Positions 26,715 through 38,762 of a DNA stretch of 64,000 nt are shown here, piece after piece (position 1 is the stretch's first letter; each line of letters opens with the position of its first letter). The stretch comes from Eledone cirrhosa (taxonomy: Eukaryota). The notes under the pieces are model-generated. The model had not been told where the DNA came from. It ran no database searches and worked only from the letters and a program-made list of their open reading frames with translations. A program made the translations under genes and the position numbers. Location: positions 406,472,001 to 406,536,000 of the forward strand of contig OZ024741.1 in the NCBI GenBank assembly GCA_964016885.1, read 5' to 3'.

Positions 26715-27080
26715 CTATTTATAACATACTTGACCTCCTTTTCAACCCAAGAGACACATAAAACATATGCGCATATTGATCAACAGTGGGGTGACATTCA
26801 TCAAATGAAATAGCATGGCAATTTACATATAAAGTGTTACATGATAAAAATAAGTTAAAATAAAAGCAAGAGTGAAAATAAAGATAAACATGAAGCGTTG
26901 GCAGTCTATGAAGATAAAGCAAGAGGAAAGCTTAGAGTAGTCAGTGCATGAAGCAATCTCCCGTGTAGCATGCACGCTTGTCTTATCTATACATGATTAG
27001 AGTGCGTCAGAATGATATTTGCAGGGTCAGGCAGTTGAAGCAGGCAATCGTATATAATGTATGTATATATATATATTTAT

Positions 27081-27587
27081 GTCAGGTCACCAGTTGGTGC
27101 TAAAGGTAACATGTATCCCAGTACAACCTGTCTCATGGTCGGGTTGTTGGCGACTAAACGTGCAACGCCACCAAGGTTTCTTAGTGAGGAGGGTGACTTT
27201 GGACATCCTGCAGAACTAAAAACAAAATCTGTCAAAGGGCAAAGGAGCTCTTAAGAGTCAATGCCATTCAAAATCACCGGGAGAGATGACCCCTTAGCCT
27301 TTGTCAAGGCAGAATTCTAGGAGAAGGAAAACTCTGATATAACACCTGCAACCCTGATGGTATCCAATGATGTTGACTTGTTCTTCTTTTTGGTAAATAT
27401 CATCTTGGTTAAGAGAGTGGGACTGGCTTTGTGTAGTGCCGTTAGACACTATAAAAACTTCACGGCACAGGCATTGCATTATATCTGGAGATCTCTCTGC
27501 ACTTGTCGTCACATGGTACCATGGGCCCAGCACTATGTGTCAATAATTGTCACATGTGTAGTGTTTGTACCAGAGTTTTCCAGTCGC
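27081..27587 (+). mobile_element. Bipartite RTE-derived element, 3'-truncated
   Basis: Starts GTCAGGTCACCAGTTGG like 38763; homology stops at ...CCAGTCGC. Confidence 0.85.
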
Positions 27588-27857
27588 CATTCCTTTAACA
27601 GAATAGACAAGAGGAAATGTACGGCCCTTTCTGAATTGATCTGGAAGCTCAAACTTGAAAAGACCCCGCACTCTCTGGTCTGGTCCGTGGTTAGAAAGGT
27701 TCCCCCAGACAGAGGCGGGTCTGGTATTTGCAACCTCTGTCTTAGTGAGACACTCGAGATTCTTCATGGCGAAACCAAGCTATTAAACAGAAGGGCCGAC
27801 TTATTCGGTGCCTGCAGACACCTAAGGACGGGAACTTTCCTCAAGCTATATGGATAA
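27588..27857 (+). pseudogene. PLE GIY-YIG C-terminal fragment
   Basis: HSFNR...TALSELIWKLK...CNLCLSETLEI...LLNRRADLFGACRH matches the C-termini of the 23929 and 48520 ORFs. Confidence 0.8.
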
Positions 27858-28136
27858 ACCCCAGTTACGGCCTTCCACAACGCCCCCCCACCCCCCACCC
27901 TGTAGGTCCCCTACACCCCGTACCAATGACCAATGGACAACAACAACCGCCCATAGTTTGTGGTCCCTATGGTGGATGGTCCACCGGATCCTCTACTGGT
28001 TAGGAGTCATCAAAACCACGTTTTATTGAACCTGATTTTATATATATATATATATATATCATGTATATATATATATGTATGTATATATATTTTATATATA
28101 TATATATTTTATATATGTATGTTCTGTGTATATATA

Positions 28137-28176
<40 letters not shown>

Positions 28177-28820
28177 TTGTGCGTACATACATGCATGCGT
28201 ACATACATGCATGCATATATATGTATACACACCTGTATGGATTTGTGTGTGTAGATGTGTGAGTGTTTGAGGGGGTAGGTGTGAGTGTATGTACAAGTCA
28301 ACCAGCATAAACCTTTTATTTCTACATTTTCTAAACTATCTAAGTATTGAACTCTAACCAATATTTTAAGTATTACCACCCCACATTTTGTATGTGTGGA
28401 TGTGTGTGTGTGTCTGTGGAGGTAGGTGTGAGTGTACGTGCAAGCCAACCTACATAAGTCTTTTTATTTGTAAATTTTCTACTCTAACCATAATTTTCAG
28501 TAGCACCACTCCACATAAATTCCTCAATTTAAGAATGACCTGTAGTATCTATTTCATACTATAAACCTCAATTGAATATATATCTGACCAGGAATGCTTT
28601 TTGTGAAAATCAGTCATATGAAACTATTGTCATCTTGGCTGACGGTTTGAACTTTACAAAACCACCTGCCTCTTTGAGGTCAAATACCAACCCTACTACC
28701 ATCTACAAACTGACCAATGAGAATCAAGACTATTCCTGCTGACAACATTAAATTATTCCTAACAAACTCATATGTCCCAAGGCTCTGATACCATCAACAC
28801 TATAAACACAGAACTGACTA

Positions 28821-28876
28821 ACTGCCTGATGAGGTCATAGCCATTCAATGGCTATCATCGAAATATATATAGCAGT
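28821..28876 (+). ncRNA. Canonical-core type I hammerhead ribozyme motif
   Basis: ACTGC-CTGATGA-GGT C ATAGCCA TTCAA TGGCTAT C ATC-GAAA-TATATA-TA-GCAGT, then AATAAA. Confidence 0.8.
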
Positions 28877-29050
28877 AAATAAAGGATTATGAGTTCATGC
28901 AATTGACTTATGTTTGTCACTATATATATATATATATATATATTATTAGAAATGTAAGCTATCGCCGTATTTGGACTAAAGAAATTAAAGAAATTATTTA
29001 GCCTGATAGTGGGGTTAAGAACCCTCGGAGAAATGGGAAAAGATGAATAT

Positions 29051-29122
29051 TGACGTACATGGGAGTCGAACCCACATCTTTGGTTATCCGGATCACTGTG
29101 CTACCATTTACACCAACACATC
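29051..29122 (-). pseudogene. tRNA-like sequence (tRNA pseudogene or SINE head)
   Basis: GATGTGT/GTACGTC acceptor with G-U pairs, D arm GTGT-AAATGGTA-GCAC, T arm GTGGG-TTCGACT-CCCAT; anticodon arm poorly paired. Confidence 0.55.
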
Positions 29123-29605
29123 ACCCGTCTTTTTCCATTCAAATTAGAAGCTATAAACGTAGCGACTGTAATGTCAAGTAAGAATATTTTCGAAACAGCG
29201 AGTGGGTTTGAAATTATTAGAAATATATATACAAATTTTAGTACAGCATTAACGAAGCTTTAGGCTGCGGCTAAGCTAACGAATGCAGAATCGGAATATA
29301 GCTTTAGCACTCGATGGAGAATATTACCCCAGAGTTATAACAATACGTTTAGACAGCTTTGCAAATCAAATATAGCGACCGGCAGTCCAGCCGCATTGCC
29401 ATAGCAACGAAAAAAACTGAACTCAGGGAAAGATTTTGACTGATCTGGACCATCACGAGGAGATCGAATGTAACACATAACGCATATCGTATAGTATACA
29501 ATATCCATCACATATAACATATTCATATATATATACATATATAATATAGGCATCTTTATCATATATAAAAATGACATCTACAAGATTCGTGTTAAATCAT
29601 GGGGA

Positions 29606-29654
29606 ATTTCCTGATGATTTCATACGAATGAAACAGTTCTAGTCCTGTAGAAGT
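29606..29654 (+). ncRNA. Type I hammerhead motif with full helix III
   Basis: ATTTC-CTGATGA-T TTC ATAC GAA T-GAAA-CAG TTCTAGTC CTG-TA-GAAGT. Confidence 0.7.
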
Positions 29655-29889
29655 CATTTCTCTCTCTATATATATATATATGGGACCCCGACGGCAGAGC
29701 TCAAACATTTTCCTATTACCCACTCTACTACCCTAAGTATTGAGTACTCTGGTGCGTTATGGTCCACCTGGTTCCTTACCACATTTCCTTCGTTATATAT
29801 ATATATATATATTGGGTTGTAACATGAATTCCCGCCGTTTTTATAACACTTCTTAATAAAAGGACGGCGGGAATTTATGTTACGACCCA

Positions 29890-29896
<7 letters not shown>

Positions 29897-29953
<57 letters not shown>

Positions 29954-30032
29954 GTGTGTGTGTCTGTGTGTGTATGTATGTGTATGTGTGTGTGTGTGTA
30001 TATGTGTATATGTGTGTAGGTGTGTGTGTGTA

Positions 30033-30063
<31 letters not shown>

Positions 30064-30174
30064 GTATGTGTATAGGTGTGTGTGTCTGTGTGTATGTATG
30101 TGTATATGTGTGTAGGTGTGTGTGTGTATGTGTGTGTGTGTGTATATGTGTGTGTGTAGGTGTGTGTGTATGTA

Positions 30175-30209
<35 letters not shown>

Positions 30210-30226
30210 AGGTGTGTGTGTATGTA

Positions 30227-30261
<35 letters not shown>

Positions 30262-30297
30262 AGGTGTGTGTGTATGTATGTGTGTGTGTATATGTGT

Positions 30298-30338
<41 letters not shown>
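29897..30338. repeat. Degenerate (TG)n/(TATG)n tract
   Basis: Direct reading. Confidence 0.9.
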
Positions 30339-30341
<3 letters not shown>

Positions 30342-30642
30342 TATTACCACTGTGTAGTGTGGTATGTGAGCAGATGTGCGAGATAAGGGCCTCTATTAGA
30401 AGCCCTTACCTCACACAGCTGTAGTTGTCTTCCATTGAAGCAACAATATTCATGTCATTTCTCCTCTTATTACAAACATCCCCCCCCTCTCTCTCTTTAT
30501 ATATATCACCCTCAGTCCCCAGTCCCTCCTTTTCTCTCTCTATCTCTCAGCCTCACTTGCTCTTTCTCTCTTTCAATCTCTATGTATCTATCTATCCCTT
30601 TCTCACTGTCCCCCTTTTTATCAATCTCTCTCTCCTTCTCTT

Positions 30643-30703
<61 letters not shown>

Positions 30704-30802
30704 CTTTCTTTCTTTCTCGCCCTCCCTCTGTCCCTATCTTTCTCAATCTCTCTTTACCTCTCATTCTCTTAGTCTTTCTCTCCCTGTCTCTCTTTCTGCC
30801 TC

Positions 30803-30847
<45 letters not shown>

Positions 30848-31389
30848 GTTTCTCTCTGTCTCTTTTTTTCTTTGTCTCTCTCTGTCTCTTTGTCTCCCTT
30901 CCTTTGTTCCTCTGTTTCTCCATCTTTCTCTATCTCTCTCTCCTTCTGAGCCCCTCTCTCTTTCTCCCACTGCCCCTGTCTCTCTCCCTCTCTTGTCCCC
31001 CTTCCCCATCCCCACACACCCCTCTACCTCTCTCACCACATCTTATAAAGCCATCCCTATATTCCACCAATCAGTAGACATCCATTGTTTGACATTACTT
31101 CCAACTGATCGAGTTGTCTTCCTCACATAATTAACATTATTCTAGCTAAACACACTTTTAGCCTTTCGTCGCCTTCTAAGATCCTCCTATCCAAACTTTA
31201 CTCTATGCCATAAATCCAACAATACTGTCTTCACACAACCGACTTTCTGTCTTTAAATCAATAAATCTTCTTCTCTTCTACTTTAACTTCAAATAATTGG
31301 TCTTCTAAACAGGCATACACACACGTGTGTAAGGTCACAGATTCTGTGGCCGTCTAGAAACATCTGACTGATATAATGACAAGTCAGTC

Positions 31390-31940
31390 AATCATATTGG
31401 TGGCCTCCCCACAGCCCCGGCGGACAGAATGGAGAAGGCGTTTTCCCGGATGACGGCAGGGAGACGCGCTGGAAAAGCCATTCCAGCTCGCGAGGCTCAC
31501 ACCTGCGGCTGGCCAGCTCAGCGCCTATGGTGGTGAGTAGTGAGGTGGCCCTAGGGCCGAGGACACCAGAAGTTTCCACTGCCAAGGGTACAACCCCAAA
31601 CCTGTCGGAGAGTGACCGTTATTTGAAGAGTTTGGCCTCCTCAGCCCGACGTGCAGCAGAACCTGGGTTAGTCGCAGACTGCACCAGGTTGCGGCTGGAG
31701 AAAGTGTCTGTGCAAGTGGCATCCCAGATGAGGGGTTTGCCACCGCGGAACGGGAATATGGTCATACCATCTGTCCTTTTGCCGTCCTCTTGGTCCAGCC
31801 CCACCAGCTCCAGCTGGAAAGAGAAGCCTGCAGCGTCCAAGCCATACTTTATGACCCCGTTGAGGACAGCATGGCGTCGAAGGCGGTCGGCAATGCAATG
31901 TGGCGACAGGAAAGCGGATGGAAGCCGAAGGAGTAGGACA
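31390..31940 (-). pseudogene. CRE-like non-LTR retrotransposon C-terminal REL fragment
   Basis: DGKRTDGMTIFPFRGGKPLIWDATCTDTF and AVETSGVLGP...FQRVSL resemble the PD-(D/E)xK REL domain of CRE-clade elements; frameshifted and GC-rich. Confidence 0.7.
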
Positions 31941-32093
31941 AGATGTCGGTCGAGCCGAGTGTGTGAAAGTCGTTTCCATTCTCCTGTATTTCAAACTTGT
32001 ATGGGCTTTGGGCCTAGGGCAAGAGGGCAGAAGTGTTGCACCCCGCGGACAAGACGGCAAAAGCTTTCCCTCGACTGGTTTTCCTAAAGCAAT

Positions 32094-32530
32094 CCTTCTT
32101 CTTCTTCTTCTTCTTCTTCTTCTTCTTCTTCTTCTTCTTCTTCTTCTTCTTCTTCTTCTCCTTCTTCTCCTTCTTCTTCTTCTCTTCCTTCTTCTCTTTC
32201 TTCTTCTTCTTCTTCTTCTTCTCCTTCTTCTTCTCCTTCTTCTTCTTCTTCTTCTTCTTCTTCTTCTTCTCCTCCTCCTTCTCCTCCTCCTTCTCCTCCT
32301 TCTTCTTCTTCTTCTTCTTCTTCTTCTTCTTCTCCTTCTTCTTCTCCTTCTTCTTCTTCTTCTTCTTCTTCTTCTTCTTCTTCTTCTTCTTCTTCTCCTC
32401 CTCCTTCTCCTCCTCCTTCTCCTCCTTCTCCTCCTCCTTCTCCTCCTTCTTCTTCTTCTTCTTCTTCTTCTTCTTCTTCTTCTTCTTCTTCTTCTTCTTC
32501 TTCTTCTTCTTCTTCTTCTTCTTCTTCTTC
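32094..32530. repeat. (CTT)n/(CTC)n trinucleotide tract
   Basis: Direct reading. Confidence 0.95.
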
Positions 32531-32946
32531 ACAAGACAAATCCCCCTAACCCCTACACCTCCTAACTTCACCATATTTACGATCTTCAGACAAACCCACT
32601 AACCATTAAGCCTCCTATCTTCTCCATTTTCTTCTCTTGCTTTATTGTATGACGAAATGAAAGTATAGTGACGAGATTATTTGGTGTAGTGATGGCTAAC
32701 CAACATCTGGGATTGGTTCACATTTATTAAACTCCTCTTTCAAAGAACCAAATGATTATTTCAATAAAAAAATTTAATTACCATGTTGGCAGAAATATGA
32801 AGCATTTATGAAATAAAATTGTAACATTTCACAATCCTATTTCTTCCATTAAAGTGTTTCGGTTTGTACTGAAGTAAGAAGTCAAGATATTTTCAAGCTA
32901 TTTCAATTTATTTTTAATATGTTATTATTTTGTTCCTTTATTCAAA

Positions 32947-33137
32947 GGGCGGTGAATTGGCAGTATCGGTAGAGGGTTGGATGCCATGCTTTGATGCATA
33001 GAGTTACGGCCCTTGCCATTCTGAGTTCAAATCCCGCCGAGGTTAACTTTGCCTTTCATCCTTACGGGGTCGATAAAATAAAGTACCAGTAATGCACTGG
33101 GTAATTGCTGGCCTTGTGCCAAAAGTAGAAACAATTA
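32947..33137 (+). mobile_element. SINE family A, full length
   Basis: GGGCGGTGAATTGGCAGTATCGG...GAGTTCAAATCC...AGTAGAAACAATTA. Confidence 0.9.
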
Positions 33138-35218
33138 TTTTGTTCCTTTATTTGTTTAGCGATGCTACATTCTCCTGCAAACCAACTCAATTCTACATAA
33201 ATTCCACAGAGAATCGGTGCTGTTTAAAAAAAAAATCTGAATCGAAATTTTTCCATCTCTCTCCCTCTTTCTTTTCTTCACTCTTTCCCTATTTTTCTCT
33301 TCTCTTCCTTTCTCTTCTCTCTCTCTCACTCTCTCTCTCTCTCTATCCCTTTCTCTCCATCTCTCTCTCCTTCTCTCTCCCTCTTCTCTCCATCTCTCCC
33401 TTTCTTTCTTTCCCATCTGTCCCCATCTCTACCCTCTCTCTCTCTCTCTCTCTCTCACTCTCTCTTTTCGCTCTCCATCTCTCCCTTTCTTTCTTTCCCC
33501 ATATGTCCCCATCTCTACCTCCTCTCTCTCTCTCACTCTCTCTCTCTCTCTCTCTCCATCAAAGTGTGGACAAGTTATAAGATAAATTCGTTGGAATTGT
33601 GTTTTCCTTTCAAGGCGACTTGTAATTGCTTTCATTATCTCCCCACTCCCCCACCTTCATTCCCCCCCTTTACTTTCCTCCCCACCTTCCTTTCCCCCCC
33701 CCACTTCCATTTCCCGCCTTATTTCCTTGGTGTACTTCAAAGCTTTAAATATATTTACAAATTACCACTTGTAAAAGATCTCCTCCTCCCCTAAAGTTTA
33801 CATGAACAATTCAATTAAAGATACCCAGCGTTTCTTTAATTGGTTAACAATTAAAGTATTTTTAGCATGGATATTTGCATGTGAGGAGAAGTGCGTGAAT
33901 GTTCTTGGTGGTTTATTTTTAACAGAAAAGAAGAAAAAAATCGATTCATTGGAGGTATAGTTGGTAAAACCCGTTAGTTCTGAATAAATAGCATTTACCT
34001 TCATTTCCCTCTTGGTGTGTTTAAGAGAAGATGTATATAAAAGAATATACGAGCCATCAAAGTAGTTTGCCTTATAAATTTATCAACAGTTTATACACTG
34101 ATGTAAGAAATAAATCCACAAGGTTATATTTATTTATTTTATCGTACATGTTCCATTAGATGTGTCAGCTTAAAGCCAATTTCCTGCTCGAGATGTTGTT
34201 GTTTCTGTGTTATCAAATACTTACTGTTTTCTTAATGTTTATTTGTTTAGGTTGGCTTTTACTTTCTGGCATCGTGGGAATCTATGTGTGTGACATACTC
34301 AAGAGACTTGAAAACATGCATTTAACTAAAATCGCTTCCCTTAAAAATATATCGATCTATTCACGTATAGATTTGCTTGATTCAGCATATAGTAATGATT
34401 AAGAATATCGATCGATTTATACTATGTATAATGTGCTGATCGTTCGTTTGGTGAGACAACACAACTAAGCATTGTTCTTGTGACAATAAACCCTTGATTG
34501 GAACTAGATCAAAGTATTTCCTTTATTTATAAGGAATAGTTTCAGATATTATTTGTAATCTAGCCTCTATATTCTCCAGAAATACAGTAATGTGTGATAT
34601 CACGCATGAAATCATTGACAAATCGTTATTATTCATCAACTGTATATCTTTCAAATGTAGCTGTAATGCTAGTTCACACCTGCGCTTATTCCGCCACCTA
34701 CCCACCCCTACCACACTAGACTATATAATATCATAATACTTCAGCTCCATATGCATTTTCATAGAAAAACTACCTCAGTTCTAGAAATGTCCATATATTT
34801 TATGATGTATCAGCAACTATACACAGGATCCTACTTTTAAATTTTGAAAGCTTGCTTGAATAAAGAAAACACTTTGAAATATATTTTGAAATGTGATACA
34901 AATCTGGTGATAAAATGAAGAATTTCTATAGTTTCTCTGAATTACATCTGGAGTTGGATCATCTTTTGTTGAGCATTATTTTTTGTAAATAGTATATGTT
35001 AATATATATAACACATGGCAGAATATATGCTATATGTTATGTGATGTAAACTATGTGATATATGCTATATGATATATGCTATGTGATATATGCTACATGC
35101 CCTGTGATATATGCTATGTGATATAAAGATATACAGAATATAGGAGGAGTGAAATCGCTGTCATTGCAATACGTTTTTCATATATATATACACACACATA
35201 CCAACACACACACATACG

Positions 35219-35267
<49 letters not shown>

Positions 35268-35680
35268 CAACACACACACACATATTCACTCACACACACA
35301 TACAAACACACACACACATTCATATTCTCCCCACACACACATTCACTCACACACGCATACACACACACACACATTCATAAATCCCCCACATACACACATT
35401 CACTCACACAAACACACACCACACACCTCACTCACACACACAGATACTCAGAAAAACATACACATACACAACACACGCCACACACTACACACACAGAGAC
35501 TCACACACACAACACAACACACCACACACACACACGTTGCGATGTTATTCCATGTTATATATTCCACTCCGGAATTATATAAAGTATCCACTTCTCTCTC
35601 ATTTGTTCTTTCCATCTTTTTATGAATATGTTTGTGTAGTTTGAGATATCAGAATGATGTGTGTGTGTATGTATGTATGT

Positions 35681-36187
35681 TATCTCTTTCTCTTAATTTC
35701 GAGTATATTTTTTTGACCGGCCACCTTCCTGGTAGTAAGGTTGTAAAAGAAAGGAAATTGTCATCCCTTGAATCGCAAGAATGTTTTGCAAATTTTGAAG
35801 GTGCCAGCTATCGCAGCCATTTGTAGACTATGAATTAGGGAGCTGCGCTCTTTGTCCGCAAATCCAAGTTCAGTCATACTTTGGTCCAAGCGGGTTGGTA
35901 TATAAGCCGTAGCTCCAATAATGATGGGTATAAAGCTAAAGGTGTATCTTGGATACTGGATTTGTAAACTCCTCATCAATGGTCCGTAGATGTCCTCCTT
36001 CTTCTGTATTTTTCTGACAACGTTTACATCAAGTGGGCAGCTAATCTCCACAACAGAACACGTTTTCAATGTGTGGTCCCAAACAACAATATCAGGCCGG
36101 TTGTGCTTTAATTTGGTGGCAGTTTTTATTTTCTAGTTCCACCAGTATTCGTTAGTGCCATCTGTCTCAATATATTCTTCCTCGTTT
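35681..36187 (-). pseudogene. R4/Dong-like LINE 3' end, family 2
   Basis: HNRPDIVVWD, VVEISCPLD and IPIIIGAT; near-identical to 39469-39975; (TACA)n on both sides. Confidence 0.85.
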
Positions 36188-36254
36188 GTTGTGTATGTAT
36201 GTATGTATGTATGCATGTTCTTCTGATTTTATAATTTCACAAAGTTTTACCAAT

Positions 36255-38670
36255 AGAGAGAGAGTCGGTTTCTAACATAGACACAAGACTCTCTCATTGG
36301 AATTTATTCAACATCAACTAGGTAGATATGTATGTCTGCATGCATGTGTAGATATGGATGTTATTGTATGTGTGGATATGTATGTTTTGAGTTGTATGTG
36401 TGCATGTATATGCTTTGTATCTGTACATGTGTATATGCAGTTATTAGATGCAACATTTTTGGAATGTTTTACATATTTTTACTGTTCCATTAATACTTGT
36501 AATTTCCTAACTAGTTGTGTTCTTTCTGTTCCTGTGAAGCCTAGCTTCTCAAGATTTGTATTGAGGCAGTTACTAACATACCCCAGTGCCCCAATAATCA
36601 CAGGCATAAATCTGAAGGTGTAATCAGGGTGGAGTATCTGCAGATTTCTCATCAGTTCTGCATAAATATTCTCCTTTTCACTAATCTTTGATATTATATT
36701 GGCATCTGCTGGGCAGCTAATTTCCACTACTGTGCATGTTTTCTTCTCCCTGTCCCATATCATAATATCTGGTCTGTTATGCCTGCATTTTATTGGGGTT
36801 TTTACTGGAACATTCCACCAGTACTCTTTCATATTATGTACATGGATGTCTTCCACATTGTTGTAGCTTTTAATGTGTTTTTTATCGGGGCTATATTTTT
36901 TACGAACTGCATTGTACAGTGTTTTGGCCACTACATCATGCCTCATAGGTAGGTAGTACGGCGATGACATTTTTGGACAGCTGCTGATGACATGGGTGAT
37001 ATCCTCGATGTTAGTTCAGCAGAGTCTGCACTTGTTATCACATCTAGGTGTTTTGCCTGCATCCCTATCTCTTTTGTGAATCAGGTATTTCGTGCTAATC
37101 TCCTGTTCCTGGATTGCAAAAACGTATCCTTCAAAGTGGGAGCCAATATAGCGGTTGTTGGTCCAAGATAGACTACTTTCCTTATCTATATTACTTTCAC
37201 TCTGGAGCTTCCTGGCAACATATCCATGCATGATTTTTTGCTGATAGGCATGCAGTTTTTCATCCATGGATTCACTGCGATACTGCTGAGCGACATCCCT
37301 GGGTGTGAGTTTTTGATTATCACACAGGGAATATCTCTCAAGGAGTTCCTTCCCAACTCTCATGATCTTATCTGTTTCATGCAGATAGATTTGCTCGAGA
37401 AGCGGGCTCCTACGCTTCGAGGCTCGTAGATGTTGTCGGAGAGATATGATGCGACATTCAAATGTTGTCTGGACGATGTTAGGTCTCTGCCTCCCTGATT
37501 ACATTTCAAGTAAAGGCGGTCTATGTCACTGTTGATGTGGAAGTTTCCGGTGTTGTTCAGTATTTTTCGAGTTCCAACATCAACTGCTCGGATTTCGTCT
37601 ATCGTCCAATTGAGTATTCCAAGCGTTGGTGTTAGGACAGGCACAGCAAACACATTGTGAGTCACTGTTTTGTTTTGCGCAGAGAGTTCCGATGACCAGA
37701 TCTTTCTTAATCGGGTGTAGTATTCCCTGGTTACGCGTTCTTTATTACAGATACCATTATAGGATATGTTCTCGTCTATCCCCAGGTATCTGTAGCAGTC
37801 CTCATCAGATATCGGTGAAACAGTTAAACCATTGATGACAATGTTGCTAGATTGGGTTGTTGTTTTTCCTCGCTTTACAGTCATGTATGAGCATTTATCT
37901 TGGCCAAACTCCATTCCTATATCCTTTGTGAACGTTGTAACCAGGTCAATATTTTTCTTCATCCCATCAATGTTCTTGGCAGAGAGTTTCAGATCGTCCA
38001 CAAAGAAATTATGGGTTAGGTTCGTATTTCTGTCCTCCTGTGAGCCAATGATGTATCCCTCACATTTCTTGAGCAGAAAGGACAAGGGGTTTAATGACAA
38101 GATGAATAATATCACAGAGAGACTGTCCCCCTGAAATATACCCCTGCAATATTTTATTTTATCAGTGAAAATAGAGTCCTCCCTCTTTGTCTTTACCCTT
38201 AGGATAGTAGCCCAAGAAGACAGCTTCTCTATGGCTCTGACAATATGTCTGGGACTTTAGCAGGTTGGAGGGCCTCTATCATCCAAGAGTGGGGAACAGA
38301 ATCGAAAGCTTTCCTGTAGTCCAGCCAGACTGTAGCCATATTCCTCCTAAGTTGTCGCACCTCCAACATCGCAGTTTTGTTGATTAGGAGTTGTTCAACA
38401 CATCCCCAAATCCCTTTCTTTCCAGCTGCTTGTTCATCTGTGATGATGTTATTATTTTCACAGTGATCTTGGAGGAATAGGTTCAGGCAGGCTATATACA
38501 TCTTATACATCAGGTTCTGGCATGCAATGGGTCGGTAGTTTTTTGCCAAGTGGGTGTCTTTGTTCTTGGGGACCAGTAATGTTTGTGCTAGTTTCAACCA
38601 TTCTGGTATAAGTGTATCTCCCTTAAGAACTTGTTGGTAGAGGTCAGTAAGATATCTCCGATAGAATATT
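36255..38670 (-). pseudogene. R4/Dong-like LINE family 1, 5'-truncated (RT, CCHC, REL), frameshifted
   Basis: NYRPIACQNLMYK, WLDYRKAFDSVPHSW, GIFQGDSLS, FFVDDLK, YRYLGI, KCRLC, RHD and NRPDIMIWD. Confidence 0.9.
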
Positions 38671-38762
38671 AGTTTTTTGTACCAGTATGTTTGTATGTAC
38701 GTATGTATGTACGTACGTATGTATATATGTATGTATGTACGTACGTATGTATGTATGCTATG

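Larger units (their letters stand above)
22311..27050 (-). mobile_element. Near full-length Penelope-like element with two 424-bp direct pseudo-LTRs (22311-22734, 26627-27050)
   Basis: Direct repeats appear identical and flank an RT + GIY-YIG ORF; TA-rich sequence at both junctions. Confidence 0.93.

Noticed and set aside
22311-27050. LTR retrotransposon
   Set aside because: No gag, protease or integrase and no TG..CA ends; RT + GIY-YIG indicates PLE pseudo-LTRs.
27357-27857. 166-aa chimeric gene
   Set aside because: Chance read-through from an RTE-derived repeat into a PLE endonuclease fragment.
29051-29122. Functional tRNA gene
   Set aside because: Anticodon stem does not pair properly and the acceptor stem has three G-U pairs; kept only as tRNA-like.
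33798-34714. Possible host exons (68-, 80- and 63-aa ORFs in unique sequence)
   Set aside because: No recognisable domain or consistent splice structure; needs RNA-seq or BLAST.
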